The notes: generated from the letters alone by a model not told the origin. Positions 41,360 to 56,578 are shown, numbered from the stretch's first letter. The stretch is DNA of 64,000 bases from Octopus vulgaris (GCA_951406725.2 OX597825.1:35402001-35466000); one strand, 5' to 3'. Translations and numbers: made by a program.

Positions 41360-41480
41360 TACAGAATTTACAGAAAATAAAAGACGAAGATAGGTGAAGG
41401 AACAACAAACATGTGTATTAGTTTGACGCTCCGGAAGAATGGGAATGTCTTTCACGTTTCGGGCCAACGCTCTTCGACAT
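41360..41480 (-). mobile_element. PLE pseudo-LTR-type repeat with HHR-like motif
   Basis: Minus strand reads aTGTCGA-a-gagc-gttg-gccc-GAAAC-GTG-aaag; same family as 8830-8990. Confidence 0.6.
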
Positions 41481-41579
41481 ATATAAAATTAAAAAAATAA
41501 AATGATTATTTTAGGATAAATGGAAATAGGTGCCTCTTTACAGATCGTAGCAGTAACCTAACAGCGAGGATTGTCACTA

Positions 41580-41745
41580 GATACTCCATAGCAAGACAGG
41601 AAACAGGGATTATTTATCACGGGTAGACGTGGAACTATCAAGAGAAATTCTGCTGGACAGTTGAAATGAATCAAAACTTGTATCAATTCCCTAAATAAAC
41701 TACAGAAGGTCCCTCGATTGGGTATATGAAGAGAATGAAGAGTTA
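41580..41745 (+). mobile_element. Highly decayed R4-type RT fragment
   Basis: KQG..GRRGT..INYRRSLDWV resembles EQKG..GSRGT..WIDYKKAFDSV. Confidence 0.35.
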
Positions 41746-41919
41746 GTAGGATGTAGAATATCCATACTCTTCCTAACATAATCGACCATTAAAGACACAA
41801 AGAAAATACAGATATATCAACTGACTAATAAATTCTTCCTCTGAGAAAACGGCAAAGAACAGGGACGACGACCGCAGTGAAAATCACAGCAATAAAGTAG
41901 ATAGGATTGTGGATATGAG

Positions 41920-41975
41920 ACGTGTTAGCCCAGCCGTTTTGGCGCCGCTAACTTGGCGTCACTGATTGGACACCG
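41920..41975. promoter_or_regulatory. Candidate promoter motif cluster
   Basis: CpG-rich patch containing TTTTGGCGCC (E2F-like, 41937-41946), TGGCGTCA (CRE-like, 41954-41961) and CTGATTGG (inverted CCAAT, 41962-41969). Confidence 0.3.
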
Positions 41976-43000
41976 ACATATTTGACATCAGATATTTAAA
42001 TGTTTCTCTCGTTCTCCCCTGGTCTCTCTATTTTTTTCTATCTCTTTCTCTTTCTCTCTCTATTTCTCTCTCTCTCTCTACTTCTCTCCCTCTCTCTATT
42101 TCTCTCTCTCTCTCTCTATTTCTCTCCCTCGTTCTATTTCCCTCTCTCTATCTATCTATCGATCTATCTATTTGTGTGTGGGTCTATTTTTCTGTATGTG
42201 GAGAGAGAAACTGTATATGTCAATTGTGCTCAGTTAATAAATTGTGATCTGTGTGTGTGTGTGTGAGCGTGCGCATGCGTGTGTATGCTTTTTTGTGTAT
42301 TTCTGCACGCGCACACGCGTGTGTTTGCCTTCAGAGCCAAAAGGTACTGTCACCAAAACAGTTTCTATGTCCAGTCAACTGTGCCAAATTGCCACCAACC
42401 AAACAGCTGCGCCCAGTCGCTCCAATCTATAGAACTGCGGTTATTACACCAACGTGCAATAGCCGCTTATGAACAAACAGAAAGCAGTAAAGAATATAAT
42501 AAAAACAACCGATAGTCAATTTCTAGTAAAATGTGAGTATTTACATCGATAAACCATTGCACGAAAGAGCAGTGTTAAAACATCTTGTTAGAAAAACCTA
42601 CTGATCGATCGGAGATCGATCAAGTTAATGAATAACACATTTGCACAAATTGAAACTTCTAACTTTTGGACATCAGAATATCTTTCTATTTTTGTCTTGC
42701 AATTACCGTTCAGCCATCAGACGAGAATGACAGAAACCGATCGAAATAAGAACGCCCATTTAAAATGGATTACCCTTTTCCAAAAGAATCAGGAAAAGTC
42801 TCGGACAATTGAACACGATTGATAGATGCAAAGTGAATAATGACAGTGACTGCATGATAGACTCTCCAAAGTCTACAGAAACTCAACGGTGACCTAATAA
42901 CTTTTAAACACAAAAAACAAAGGGTAAATGAAAAGTTTCATCATCGTGAGAAGCTAGAAGGATTTAGGACCATAAATCATAAGTTTACATTCAACCGACA

Positions 43001-43136
43001 TATGAGCTCGGGAACAGGGGTTGCTGAAGATACAAGCGCACCTCCAAAATTTTTGCGTAGTTATGAAAACTCTTTGAACATCCTCTTAAAAAACCAAGTT
43101 TGAACTCCTTAAGCAAATTTGGTTCCCGAACTTATG
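43001..43136. mobile_element. Short hAT-like MITE
   Basis: TIRs tatgagctcgggaac and gttcccgaacttatg, with an 8-bp TSD aaccgaca/aacccaca (7 of 8 match). Confidence 0.65.
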
Positions 43137-43229
43137 AACCCACACTTTGTATATCACAGTACGGAAGATCAAACTAACAAAATTGTAAAAGTTCTTCCTC
43201 AGAATGATCTACAATGGTTTGGTGATGGG

Positions 43230-43480
43230 TGGAACCTGGAATGTAAATAAGTAGCTCAACCATAATACAATATATTTAAATGAGCTACAAAGTGAACATT
43301 GTGCAAACATTTGTCCCAAAGCACATAACATGACTAGTGAAGCTCTCCTGGCGGTTGTTCTAAAACTAGCGAATGAAAAATCCTCTGCGAGAGATCTAAT
43401 AGCCGATTATTTGTACGAGAAGCTTTAGCTATACTGGGAGGCTCTTGTCAGCCTGTTCAAAAGAACATTATGATCCGCTT
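43230..43480 (+). mobile_element. Decayed R4-type LINE fragment (pre-RT region)
   Basis: EALLAVVLKLANEKSSARDLIADYLYEKL resembles K..NWKSPG.D.I..YW.KKL. Confidence 0.4.
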
Positions 43481-43675
43481 TCGTTCATTGGTCAATTTTC
43501 CAGCTATATGATAAATATCTGAAATTTAGTATACAAAGAATTAGTTACAAGGAACATAGAATCATAGAATTCTTATTCTTAAAAAGGAAGTAGAGAAATG
43601 AAAAGGACATTCCACTCATATTAAGCAACTGTATACCTACTTTTTCCCACCCCTGTATCATAAGATAGAATTAAA

Positions 43676-44415
43676 ACAGCGAGCTGACAGAATCGTTAAA
43701 GCATTGGTATTAACGCTCAGAGCATTTTCCCACCTCTTGACGTTCTGGGTTCAAATTTTGCTGTAGTCGACTTTGCCTTTCATCTTTCTGCCATCGATAA
43801 AATAATTACTTGTCGAGTAGGTCGATTTAACAAATTATCTTACTCCCCTAAAATACTGATCTAGTGCCAGAACATGGAACCACTATAAGATAGCGTAGCA
43901 TTTCCTAAGATATTTTAACTTAAAGTGATTCACCATTGGATATTGTGACCCAATATAATCATTACTGTTGGCACAAAGCTTGTTGGGGAAGTGAGACAGT
44001 CGATTACAAATTTTTCGATCCTGAAATGGCAAAAGGCAAAGTCGACCTCAGTGGTATTTGAAGCCAAAACGAAATGTTGCTAAGTATGTTGATCGGTGGG
44101 TTAAAGATTCTGCCAGCACGCCACATTTTGTAGCAACATATCATGTAGCATAATACAGCTTAATGCTAGGCAGTGATTTAGCAGAATTGTTTGCGCATCG
44201 GACAAAATGCTGGCAGAATCGCAAGCACGCCGGGCAAAATGCTAAGCGGCATTCCGTTCGTCCTCACGTTCTGAGTTCAAATTCCACCGAGATCGACTTT
44301 TCTTTTTATCCTTTCGGGGTCGATAAAATAAGTACCAGTTGAGTACGAGGGTTAATATAATCGACTTACACCCACAACGTACTTGTTGACCCTGTGCTAG
44401 AATTTGAAACCAATA
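43676..44415. mobile_element. Cluster of SINE family B copies (+, -, +)
   Basis: Family B head and core motifs. Confidence 0.85.
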
Positions 44416-45371
44416 AAACTTAATGCTGGAGAATAATATATTTAATAACAGTAGTGTTTGCTAATATACATTACATAATATTGGTAGCATAACATCTTAC
44501 GGTTGGATGTCTTAATATAATGCATTGTTATTTGTTATGTAATAAAATATCATATCGTGAGATGACACGATATAGTATAATATAAATAGAATTACTCTTT
44601 TCGTGTCATACAACTGATGCATGCAATGAATATATTCATCAATAATTTTTGGATAAATCTTGATCGAATCCAATTCTAGATGTTATCTTTCCTTTAGAAA
44701 TGTCTTGAATATATATGATAGGTTCATGCATAGCTGCATGGTTAAAAAGCTCGCATTGAAACCACATGGTTTCCAGTTCAGTCCCACTGCATGTCACATT
44801 GAACTAGTGTTTTCTAATATGCCCTGGGCCAGCCAATGTCTTGCGAGTGAAATTGGTAGATGGAAACTGTGTGAAAGCCCGTCGAATATATGTGTATATC
44901 TCAGTTTGTGTCTTTGTGTTCGTCCATCTAGTCATTTTATGGCAACCGGTATTGGTCTGTTTTGCTCTCCATAAGTTAGCGATTCGCTATGGAATATGTA
45001 TGTTTAACCTTTCGGTTCATAGGAAAGCAAATGAGATAAAAATGTTGAAATCAGGTTGAAAAAAGAACTCATCAATGTTCGCTATTTGATTTCATATGAC
45101 TCTAATTGAAATATTATGTTCTTCTATGCCAGTTTTTATTCATTATAAACTGGGTGGAATGATATTTATGGTAAATATGGATCTCAAGAGCTGTCACTGG
45201 TTTATATAGATAACTAATAGTTTCTGTACATTATTCGACAGCTCATAAAATAATAATAATAATAATAAAGATGATGGTATACCAAATTGTGTACACACAC
45301 ACTTACGCACACACACTTACACATATTCTAAATTAAGAGAAATTCGCCTCTTGTAGAAAGAATGCAGAAAC

Positions 45372-45605
45372 TTATTTCTTTACTACCCACAAGGGGTTAA
45401 ACACAGAGGGGACAAACAAGGACAGACAAACGGATTAAGTCGATTACATCGACCCCAGTGCGTAACTGGTACTTAATTTATCGACCCAGAAAGGATGAAA
45501 GGCAAAGTCGACCTCGATGGAATTTGAACTCACAACGTAACGGCAGACGAAATACGGTTACGCATTTCGCCGGGCGTGCTAACGTTTCTACCAGCTCGCC
45601 GCCTT
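45372..45605 (-). mobile_element. SINE family B, alternative-tail subfamily, with TSD
   Basis: Tail ccccttgtgggtagtaaagaaata; flanked by agaatgcagaaac and agaatacagaaac. Confidence 0.9.
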
Positions 45606-46455
45606 CCAGAATACAGAAACCTAATGACAATGATTAGTAACACTCAAATAGAAAGGGAGATAATTTCAAGAAAATCATTTAAAAATTGCAGAAAAATTAA
45701 TTTTCATGATTTAGGGGAAAAATTTTGAAATTTGTTCAAACGTAAAGTGTCAGTTACGTATGTATTTTTGTCTTATTAGCAACGCATTGTCCTCACAAAT
45801 CTACTCTAGAGAAAGAGTTACAAAAAAATTCAGCCAGTACGATATGCGTGTACAAAAGATGAACCATGGCAAATAACTCAAATAGGGCAATGCAACTGTG
45901 AAACAGATTTGTGTGGATCAGGTAGGTGGAGAAAGTATAATGGCTTCTGGGCAAAGATGATAATTAAAATCCTTTTAACAAGTCAATGAAGCAAGTTTTA
46001 CGTGCGAAGAATATATTAATAGCTCTAGAGTGAGAGACACCAGAGCTCCCCAAGAGGACAACATCACCAACTAAATACACTATATACAATTAAATATAAA
46101 ATAAATGTACAAACGTATATGTGAGTGTGTTTGTGCATGAATATGTATTTGTGTGTGTGTGCGTGTGTGCGTGTGTGTGCGTGTGCGTGTGTGTGAGTGT
46201 GTGTGTGTGTGCATATGTGTGTGTGTGTGTGTGTGTGTGTGTTTGAGTAAAGTTATATTTAACAGATTTGAGCGCACACGGACATGAGAAACCTACCGTT
46301 GTAGAAATTACCTCCAAGGGAAAATTCTCCTCTTAGACACGTGAAAAAGGAGACCATGTATAAGGTCTTTTCACGTCCGAGTGCACATAAGCATGGTGAA
46401 TATAACTTTCTACGAACGTTTCATTCAGCGTTGCTTAGTACGACATATTGTACGG

Positions 46456-46546
<91 letters not shown>

Positions 46547-46550
<4 letters not shown>

Positions 46551-46948
46551 GCTGTGTGGTAAGTAGCTTGTTTACCAACCACATGGTTCCGTGGCACCTT
46601 GGGCAAGTGTCTTCTACTATAGCCTCGGGCCGACCAAAGCCTTGTGAGTGGATTTGGTACATGGAAACTGAAAGAAGCCCGTCGTATATATGTATATATA
46701 TATGTGTGTGTGTGTGTATGTGTGTGTGAGTTTGTATATCTGTGTTTGTCCCCCCAACATCGCTTGACAACCGATGCTGGTGTGTTTATGTCCCCGTCAC
46801 CTAGCGGTTCGGCAAAGAGACTGATAGAATAAGTACTGGGCTTACAAAGAATAAGTCCCGGGGTCGAGCTGCTCGATTAAAGGCGGTGCTCCAGCATGGC
46901 CGCAGTCAAATGACTGAAACAAGTAAAAGAGTAAAAGAGTAAAAGAGT
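46547..46948 (+). mobile_element. SINE family A
   Basis: Near-consensus copy. Confidence 0.92.
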
Positions 46949-47026
46949 ATATATATATATATATATATATGATATATGTATGCGCATATGCTCCCGTGCA
47001 TGTGTATATATATATATATATATATA

Positions 47027-47340
47027 TTGGGTTATCCCATAAAAAATGCGGTGTTTTTATACTTTTTTTATTTTTCAAAATGTTCTTATTTAATCTACAA
47101 TGCTCTTCCATCTATCTGGTAGACTTAGGTTTCGTTTTGAAATCTTAGATGGTCGTTTTTACTTTTTTTTCTTTCTAGCGCTGACTTGAATGACTGGTTG
47201 AATGACCAAATCCTAGCTTCTTTGCTAGTTTCTCAACAGTTACGATGGGATTTTGCTCCACCAGGGTTTGTAGGGCGCCCTTGTCGAGCTCTATAGATCA
47301 TAGCACGAGGATCGTCTTCTAGGCTGTAGTTTCCGGCTCA
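47027..47340 (-). mobile_element. Mariner deletion derivative
   Basis: TIR TA|ttgggttatcccataa; homologous to 56609-57321. Confidence 0.8.
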
Positions 47341-47539
47341 TATATGTATGTGTGCTCGCGAGTGGGCGTATTAGTTACTTTACAGACAAGCTTCAACATC
47401 TCCTCATGCCTTGCTAAAAACAGTAGCCAAATCTATCCAACATCATACTCTAAAGACTCTAAAGATAAGGCCGGATGGTCACATTTGGAACATTATTAAT
47501 CATGGTGATGGTAGTGGTGGTGGTGGTGGTCTAATACAA

Positions 47540-47778
47540 TCTTTTATCTTTTACCTGTTTCGGTCATTAGATTGCGGCCATACTGGGGCATTACCTTGAA
47601 TTTTTTTTAGCTGAATGAATCGACTCCAGTACTTTTTTTTTTAACCTGGTACTTATTCTATCGGTCTCTTTTGCGGAACCGCTAGGTTACGGGGATGTAA
47701 ACACACCAACACCAGTTGTCAAGCGGTGATGTGGGGGACAAACACAGGCACAAAGACACACACACATAGATTTATACG

Positions 47779-47810
<32 letters not shown>

Positions 47811-47963
47811 CGACGGGCTTTCAGTTTCCGTCAGCCATATATATTCATAAGGCTTTGGTCAGTCCGTAGCTATCGTAGAAGACGCTCACCCAAGGTGCCA
47901 CGTAGTGGGACTGAATCCGGAACCATGTGGTTGGGAAGCAAGCTTCTTACCACACAGCCACTT
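47540..47963 (-). mobile_element. SINE family A
   Basis: Reverse-complement family A copy. Confidence 0.88.
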
Positions 47964-48573
47964 CTGATCATTTCTTCTTCACATTAAGCAATCTACAAGA
48001 AAGCATTGAGAAAATCTCAAGCAGCTAAACGAAAGCCTAGAAAAGTGTTAATAATATACACACGCACGCACGAACGCACATATGCATATGTATGTATAAT
48101 GTAGACGCATATCAAGCATACAATCCTGCGTTGGCACATGTATGCCTATACTTTACATTTATGTACACATGCACAGGTATATGGATGTGAGCAAGCAGAT
48201 TAATGTACACAGTAACACACAAAAACACACACACCTACACACATACACACACACACACTTACATATATATACATATGCATAAATACGCACGCACCCATTC
48301 ACAAACATAGACAACACATAAATTATATATATATATACATATACATATATATGTGTATGTGTGTATATATATACATATATATGCATCTATATATATACAT
48401 ATATATGTATACATACATATATATATATATACACCTTTACATATGATATATCATATTATATATATCTACGTGTATATATATGTTATATATGCTATGTATA
48501 TAATATGTATATATACCTATATATACACATATATGCATATATATATATATGTATATGTAAGTATATATATACC

Positions 48574-48631
<58 letters not shown>

Positions 48632-50339
48632 TGGGGCAGAGAGAGGAGGAAAAAGAAAGAAAGAAAGAAAGAAAGAAGGAAGGAAGGAAGGAAGGAAGGA
48701 AGGAAGAAAAACAATAAAAGAGTGAGAGAATAAAACAAAATAATACAAACACAACAGAATAAACTAGCCGAAGAAACAAACCGTCAATATTCGTCATGCT
48801 GCATCAATTGTCGGCATAGAACATGGGAACATTATCAAATAATTTCCAGTACTTGCAGATATTTCATCAGAAAGAATGCTGTTAGATTTACCACAAACCT
48901 CCATCCACCCATACCCCCCCACCGCCACACATCCATGTACACATGCACACAGAAACGCAAACATACGCATGCGCGTGCAAACACACAAACTACGAACGTG
49001 TAGGAATTAAGCGTTATTGACTGCAGGACACATACACGTACAGATGGAGTTTTTTTTTTTTTTTTTCCTTTCAGTATATATTCTGCAATTGTGTTTATTG
49101 ATGTTAGCATCCAATCAGAAGTTACAATTATTTCTTTGAAAAGGAAGGATGTTATGAAATTAATTTTCATTCTGTCTCATTCTTAATGCAAAATGTAAGG
49201 AAAGGCTTCTCGCAACCTGTTATTATTATGGTGAGATTTGATGAGACCGAATTTTGTATGGACACGGATTAAGATAACGTTGGCTTTATTTCGTTCATTG
49301 CTGACTTTGAGAAAATGGTTGGTTTGAGAATCTCTTGGATATTTGATATTCGGCTTAAAGAGGTTAACTAGCACTTGGTAATTATTCTGTTCCTCTTCTG
49401 AAAGCTGTAAATGTCTTCTTTTCAGCAATCTAGAATGTAGTTTCTCTCAAAAATTACCAGTTTTGCTAAATCTTGGTAACAGTTCATAAATAATGGATAT
49501 TGAAGACGATATAAAAAGAAAAGTATACTAAAAATGTTCTGTCGTATGATGACACTTTCTAAAGTTTCGTAATATAAGCATCAAAAAGATATTCTTCGTG
49601 ATGTATGTGCAGATAAAGATGGTGGAGGCGAATTGGCAGAACCGTTAGAGCAGTGTGCAGTCCAGTTAATTCCTGCTCTCTGAACTCAACTTTCGCCAAT
49701 GTGAAAGTTGACACTTCATACAGAGACGAAAGTGGTAGAAGATTCAGTAAATGAAGTATCAATCTGATACTGATGTCTCTTCTCCTTCTCTTATCAGGCC
49801 TCCTTCTTCTCCTTCTCCTCCTTCTCCCCTTCTTCTTCATCCTCCTTCATTTTTTCCTTCTACTACTACAGCATTTTCTTCTTTTCCTTCTTCTTCTTCT
49901 TCTTCTTCTTCTTCTTCTTCTTCTTCTTCTTCTTCTTCTTCTTCTTCTTCTTCTTCTTCTTCTTCTTCTTTCACTCTCCGGAAGAAATCGGCTGGATTTT
50001 AAACCTGAAAGAGATAGACTCTGCCAGGCCTAAATATCCGAGACAAGCTGCAGGTATCGACGGTGTCTCTCTTACTCCATCATAAGTTAAGTAAAAGTTT
50101 CACATAAAAGACGAGAAGCAAATGAGCAAGCGATGCACTTCCAACACTTAATCGAAGCAATTTTACTTCATTCACTTAAACTATATCAGAAAAAAGGCCC
50201 GAAGTAACATCATCCTGTTCAGAGCTCTCCTGAAATATCGAATTTTTATGCGTCTTCACAAAATTTTCAGTGAAATTCTTAAAAGTCTGTTTTTAAGCAC
50301 AAGACGTGATATTTTAAACATTTTATAATGTAATAATAC

Positions 50340-51089
<750 letters not shown>

Positions 51090-51979
51090 CACCAGCAGCA
51101 ACAACAACAACAACAACAACTACAGCAGCAACAATCATCTTAACTTATTGGAAGTGTTATCATGTACATTGTTTTCTCTTGGTATAAAAGATGAGCTACA
51201 GTATATAATCTGCTCAGTTTATAAAATAGAAGGATTTAGATAGAAGACGTTTTTTGTAATGGCTTTAGCGGTACAAGGTAGACAAGGTGGATAGTATCGG
51301 GGCCTCAAGATCAAAAAATTATCTCTAAAATACCACCGCTCTGCGATTTTTTTATTTACTTATTTATTTTGCTCAATATTCATTTCGAACTGGTTGTTTA
51401 TTTGGAGGATGATACAAGCAGTCAAAGATTCGCCATTTAGTTTGTTCCTATGATAGTTTACATGCAATGTGGACAAGCTACTGAGCAAATGGAAATAAGT
51501 ACCAGAGGGGAGATAAATATTACCTGTTCCTTCCTACAACATTACTTAAATTTTTCGTTGTTGTTGCTGCTGTACGTATTGCCAGAATGATACAGTGGAC
51601 AAAAGCATTTGGAGGCTGAGTCATTGTATAGGTGCATCCTAAATACTGAATCCAACGGAAAAGTCGAATGAAATTCTAAGTTAGCGGAGGAACACTGAAA
51701 ATATCACTGTTACATACTAGGTACGAAGACAATATCTATTACAAGCGTTAATAGTCTTAACTATCTCGCGTGTTTGCATTAAATATAAAAGGTGTGTCAA
51801 GAACCCTACATAATTCTCGCTGATTTATGTTTTACATCAAGTACAAATATATATTAGAAACACAAATATGCATAAACACAAGTGCGCGCACATCTGTATA
51901 AGAATATACCAAATTTTCCATCATATTTTGACATATACATACATATATACGTGTATGTGTGTGTATCTTTGTATACTTA

Positions 51980-52195
51980 CTGTAATCCCTCGCTATATTG
52001 CGATTCACCTATCGCGGTTTATTATTTACGCTTACGTCGATTCCTTCGTGCTGTTGTTTTGCATTTATAATAAAATAAATATATACAAATTATAAAAATA
52101 ATACAAAAAATATACAGTACTGTTACAACTTCGCGGATTTTCATCTATCGCGGGCTGTTTGGAACGTAACACTCGCGATAGTCGAGGGATTTCTG
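51980..52195. mobile_element. Tigger/pogo-type MITE
   Basis: TA|ctgtaatccctcgctat ... atagtcgagggatttctg|TA. Confidence 0.8.
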
Positions 52196-52241
52196 TATGC
52201 ATATATGTATATGTGTCTGTATTCGATTTTTGAAATATTAG

Positions 52242-52604
52242 TTTCAAATTTCGACACAAAGCCAGCAATTTCGGGTTAGTGGGTTAGTCGATTACATCGT
52301 CTATCAACACCAAAAGGATGAAAGACAAAATAAATCTTGGTAAAATCTGAACTCAGGACGGACGAAATACCAATTTCTTTACTACCCACAAGGGGCTAAA
52401 CATGGAGGGGACAAACAAGGACAGACAAAGGGATTAAGTCGATTAAATCGACCCCAGTGCGTAACTGGTACTTAATTTATCAACCCCGAAAGGATGAAAG
52501 GCAAAGTCGACCTCGGCGGAATTTGAACTCAGAATGTAATGACACACGAAATACCACTAAGTATTTCACCTGGCGTGCTACCGATTCTGCCTGCTCGCTG
52601 CCTG
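52242..52604 (-). mobile_element. Dimeric SINE family B
   Basis: An alternative-tail monomer is joined to the internal gtatttcgtc site of a second partial monomer. Confidence 0.8.
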
Positions 52605-53537
52605 CAATTCTTGAAGTACTAAATTTAAATAAAACTACTTAGTAATCACACAGAGAGCTTACCAGCATAATTAGAAATTAATTCCTAAAAACTTTATTCC
52701 ACAACATTTTTTTCTTGTCAGAAACATACATTCCAGTGACATTCTTAATTCCGTCTTGAAATTAATGTATCAGCCTTGCTCTCTTGTTATTTGATCGTTT
52801 GTGTTATTTGTGGATCTGTCATCGGATTTTTCACCACAAAAACACAAAAATTACAGCCAGTTTATATTAGATTACGATATACGGTTTACATTATAGAACT
52901 ACGATTATAAATACATATATGTACATTATATATATATAATATATTCACATATGCATTTGTACGAATATATTTATATGTGCATATGTATGTATGCATGTAT
53001 GTATGTATGCATGTATATATGTATATATATATGAGTGTGTGGTGTGTGGTGTGTGGTGTGTGTGGGGGCGTACATATAGAGAAATAGAAAGATATCCTGC
53101 TTTTTTGTATTGTTTTTAATCCCATAAGCGTTCCAACAGGTAGGAATGTAATAAACTATTTCAAATTTTCTTTTCTTTTCTTAAATATTGAGGTTTTATG
53201 CAATTAATTTGTGACATCTTTGAAAGAATATTTATTATCAGTCAACGCAAACAATCCATTAGATCTTTAAAGTATGTTATTTGGCTGCACTTAAACCGAT
53301 ACCATTTTCTTACGAGTATGTGTGCGCGCGTGCGTATGTGCATTTGCGCGCGCATGTACATGTATATACGTGTATGTTTGTCACTTTGTGTTAACTGGAA
53401 TTACAAAGCCATACCTAAAGATTGATTTAGCTTTTCAATAACGGAATATTTCATTCTGAAAATACAAAATAAGATGAACTGGATCGAGATCGATAAATTA
53501 TGAACATCAACAATAATAATAATAATAATAATAATAA

Positions 53538-54000
53538 CCCTTTCTACCATCAGCACAGGGCCGGAAATTTGGGGGTAAGGGACTAGTCGATTACATCAAC
53601 TCCAGTGCACAACTGGTACTTATTTCATCACTGCAAAGTCAGCCACCGCGGAATTTGAACTCAGAATTTAAAGACGGACGAAATACTGCTGAGTATTTCG
53701 CTCGGTGTGCTAACGATTCTGCCAGCTCGCCGCCTTAATAATACTTTCTACTGTAGGCACAAGACCTGAAATTTGGGGGAAAGGGATTAAGTCAATTACA
53801 TCGAACCAGTGCATAACTGATACTTATTTAACTGACTCCGAAAGGATGAAAGGCAAAGTCGACCACTTCGAAATTTGGACTCAGAACGTAGCGACAATAA
53901 TAACAATAATGGTTTGAAATATTGCAACAAGGGCAGCAGTTTTTGGAGAGGGGGTTAGCCGATTACATTGATCCCAGTGTTTCACTGGCATTTAATTTGC
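53538..54000 (-). mobile_element. Array of SINE family B copies between (TAA)n tracts
   Basis: Family B motifs repeated about three times. Confidence 0.85.
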
Positions 54001-54031
54001 CGACACAATAATAATAATAATAATAATAATG

Positions 54032-54080
<49 letters not shown>

Positions 54081-54082
<2 letters not shown>

Positions 54083-54478
54083 GTTGTGTGGTAAGTAGCT
54101 TGCTTACCAACCACATGGTTCCGGGTTCAGTCCCATTGCGTGGCACCTTGGGCAAGTGTCTTCTACTATAACCTCGGGCCGACCAAAGCCTTGTGAGTGG
54201 ATTTGGTAGACGGAAACTAAAAGAATCCCGACGTATATATGTATATATATATGTGTGTGAGTGTGTGTGTGTCTTTGTTTGTCCCCCCGCCCCTAACATT
54301 GCTTGACAACCGATGCTGGTGTGTTTACGTCCCCATAACTTAGCGGTTCGACAAAAAGAGACCGATAGAATAAGTTCTAGGCTTACAAAGAATAAGCCTG
54401 GGGTCGATTTCCTCGACTAAATGTGGTGCTCCAGCATGGCCGCAGTCAAATGACTGAAACAAGTAAAAGAGTAAAAGA
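54081..54478 (+). mobile_element. SINE family A
   Basis: Near-consensus copy directly after (TAA)n. Confidence 0.92.
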
Positions 54479-56343
54479 ATAACTTTACAATATTCTGTCT
54501 GTCGTAAGAATGGGGATTAAAATGCATGTGTTATATGTAGAAATACATAAACAGAAAAACAGAAAGACATTTACAGCAGAGTACTATTTTTTTTATATAT
54601 TCTCATTGCGATAAAATTGCGTGTGAGGGTGAGTACGGGTTGTAGTGAAAGCGAGATACAAAGAGAAATATCAAGGGAGAGAAATGACGTGAGGGTGGGG
54701 AAAGAATATGTGGGAAGAAAGTGGGAAACGAAGAAGGAAAGATGGAAATGAAGCAGGAAAAAATTAAAGAACGGTAAACTAAGAAAGTAAATAAGATCGA
54801 AAGAAAGTTGGGGAAAAAATGGATTTAATAGACATACAATGGAGAAAAAATAGGAAACAGGGGGGGGGGAGAAAAGAAGGAAAAAAGAAAAAAAGAAACA
54901 GAACAAAAAGGAAAGTTATGAGTAAAAAAAGAACTAAGAAAATGAAATCATGTACAAAAGCAAAGTCAAAGATATCGAGATAAATATTATTTGACAAATC
55001 GCTGGCAAAATGGCTGCAAACATTCTGTGAAGAATTAGAGAAAGAAAAAATAGATTTGAAGTTATTGATTTAATGACTAAGTCCAAAATCAACATGTTCT
55101 CAATAGGTTTATATACATACATATACTTGTACATACTTAGATACAAGCATGCATACGAGCGCGCACACACAAAACAACACATACATACATACATACATAC
55201 ATGCATACATACATACATACATACATACATACATACATACATACATACATACATACATACTACATACGTACATACGTACGTAGTACATATATACACGCAT
55301 ACACATACACACCATCATAAGTAATATCCAATCAATAGTGGAAAAGGCAAGCCACTGGATTTGGTTAAAAAGAGACGATGAATATTGCTAGAAGAATATT
55401 GAGCGAAACCTGATAACCAATTTCAGTGAGGGGTGGGGGGCCGGTCCACAATGATGCCGTCGAGTGGTAGGCCCCGAAATGGTGCGCATTCTTTCCTGGT
55501 GGCCCCATAAACTTGCTAGCATCCGGTATGCGGAGCTTTCAACTGGTAGCACTTACATCTGTAAGTTGTTTGCAAAAACCATACATACATACATACATAC
55601 ATACATACATACATACATACACACATACATACATACATACATACATACGCACATACATACATACATACATACATACATACGCACATACATAATACATACA
55701 TACATATGCATATACATACATACATACATACATACATGCAAAACAAAACTGAAGACATAAACTACATTATTGCCAGTTGTGACGGTATCTCTTTTAGATA
55801 CTATCTTCCAGTGAAGTCTGGTGTAGTGACAAGAGCAATCTGGAGCAGATGAGGAAAAAGTATACCTGCAGGTAAAGATGACTACTGACACAGATGGTCA
55901 AAAGAGTATTGGTGGAACTTAAGGATAAGCACCCCACACACACACACACACACATACAAAAAAAAATTAAAACACAGCCAGCCAAATATTGTGAAACCAT
56001 AAGACAAAAACATGATCTGACGTGAAAATCATCTGCTTTTTGAACATCAACGTAACGTGATCAGAAAAATACAAGAGAAAGAGAATATGTAGGGATTATT
56101 GATAAGGAGTGTTTGCAAACTCAGTACCAAACATACACTTTCAGTTTCATACTTATTGTTATTGAAGCAACAGGATATATACCAACCCGTCTGGAGCAAA
56201 GTATGGCTGATATGGGATTCTTGGGGAGAGGATGCAGCTTCTTAATTCATATTCTACAAATGAACAAGATATCTAAGACAATGAATAAAACAAAATGCTT
56301 TCATCGAAAACCTTGCACCCAGGCAGGTGACCGTCGATATTGA

Positions 56344-56578
56344 AAGGCGGTGAGCTGGCAGAATCGTTAGCACGCCGTGCGAAATGCTTTGCAGTATTTC
56401 GTCCGCCGCTGCGTTCTAAGTTCAAATTCCGCCGAGGTCGACTTTGCCTTTCATCCTTTCGAGGTCGATAAATTAAGTACCAGTTACGCACTTGGGTAGA
56501 TGTAATCGACTTAATACCTATGTCTGTCCTTGTTTGTCCCCTCTGTGTTTAGCCCCTTGTGGGTAATAAAGAAATAGA
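56344..56578 (+). mobile_element. SINE family B, alternative tail, with TSD
   Basis: gatattgaaa occurs on both sides. Confidence 0.9.

Noticed and set aside
49183-49428. 81-aa non-repetitive ORF on the minus strand
   Set aside because: No recognisable motif or splice context; probably chance or decayed TE sequence.
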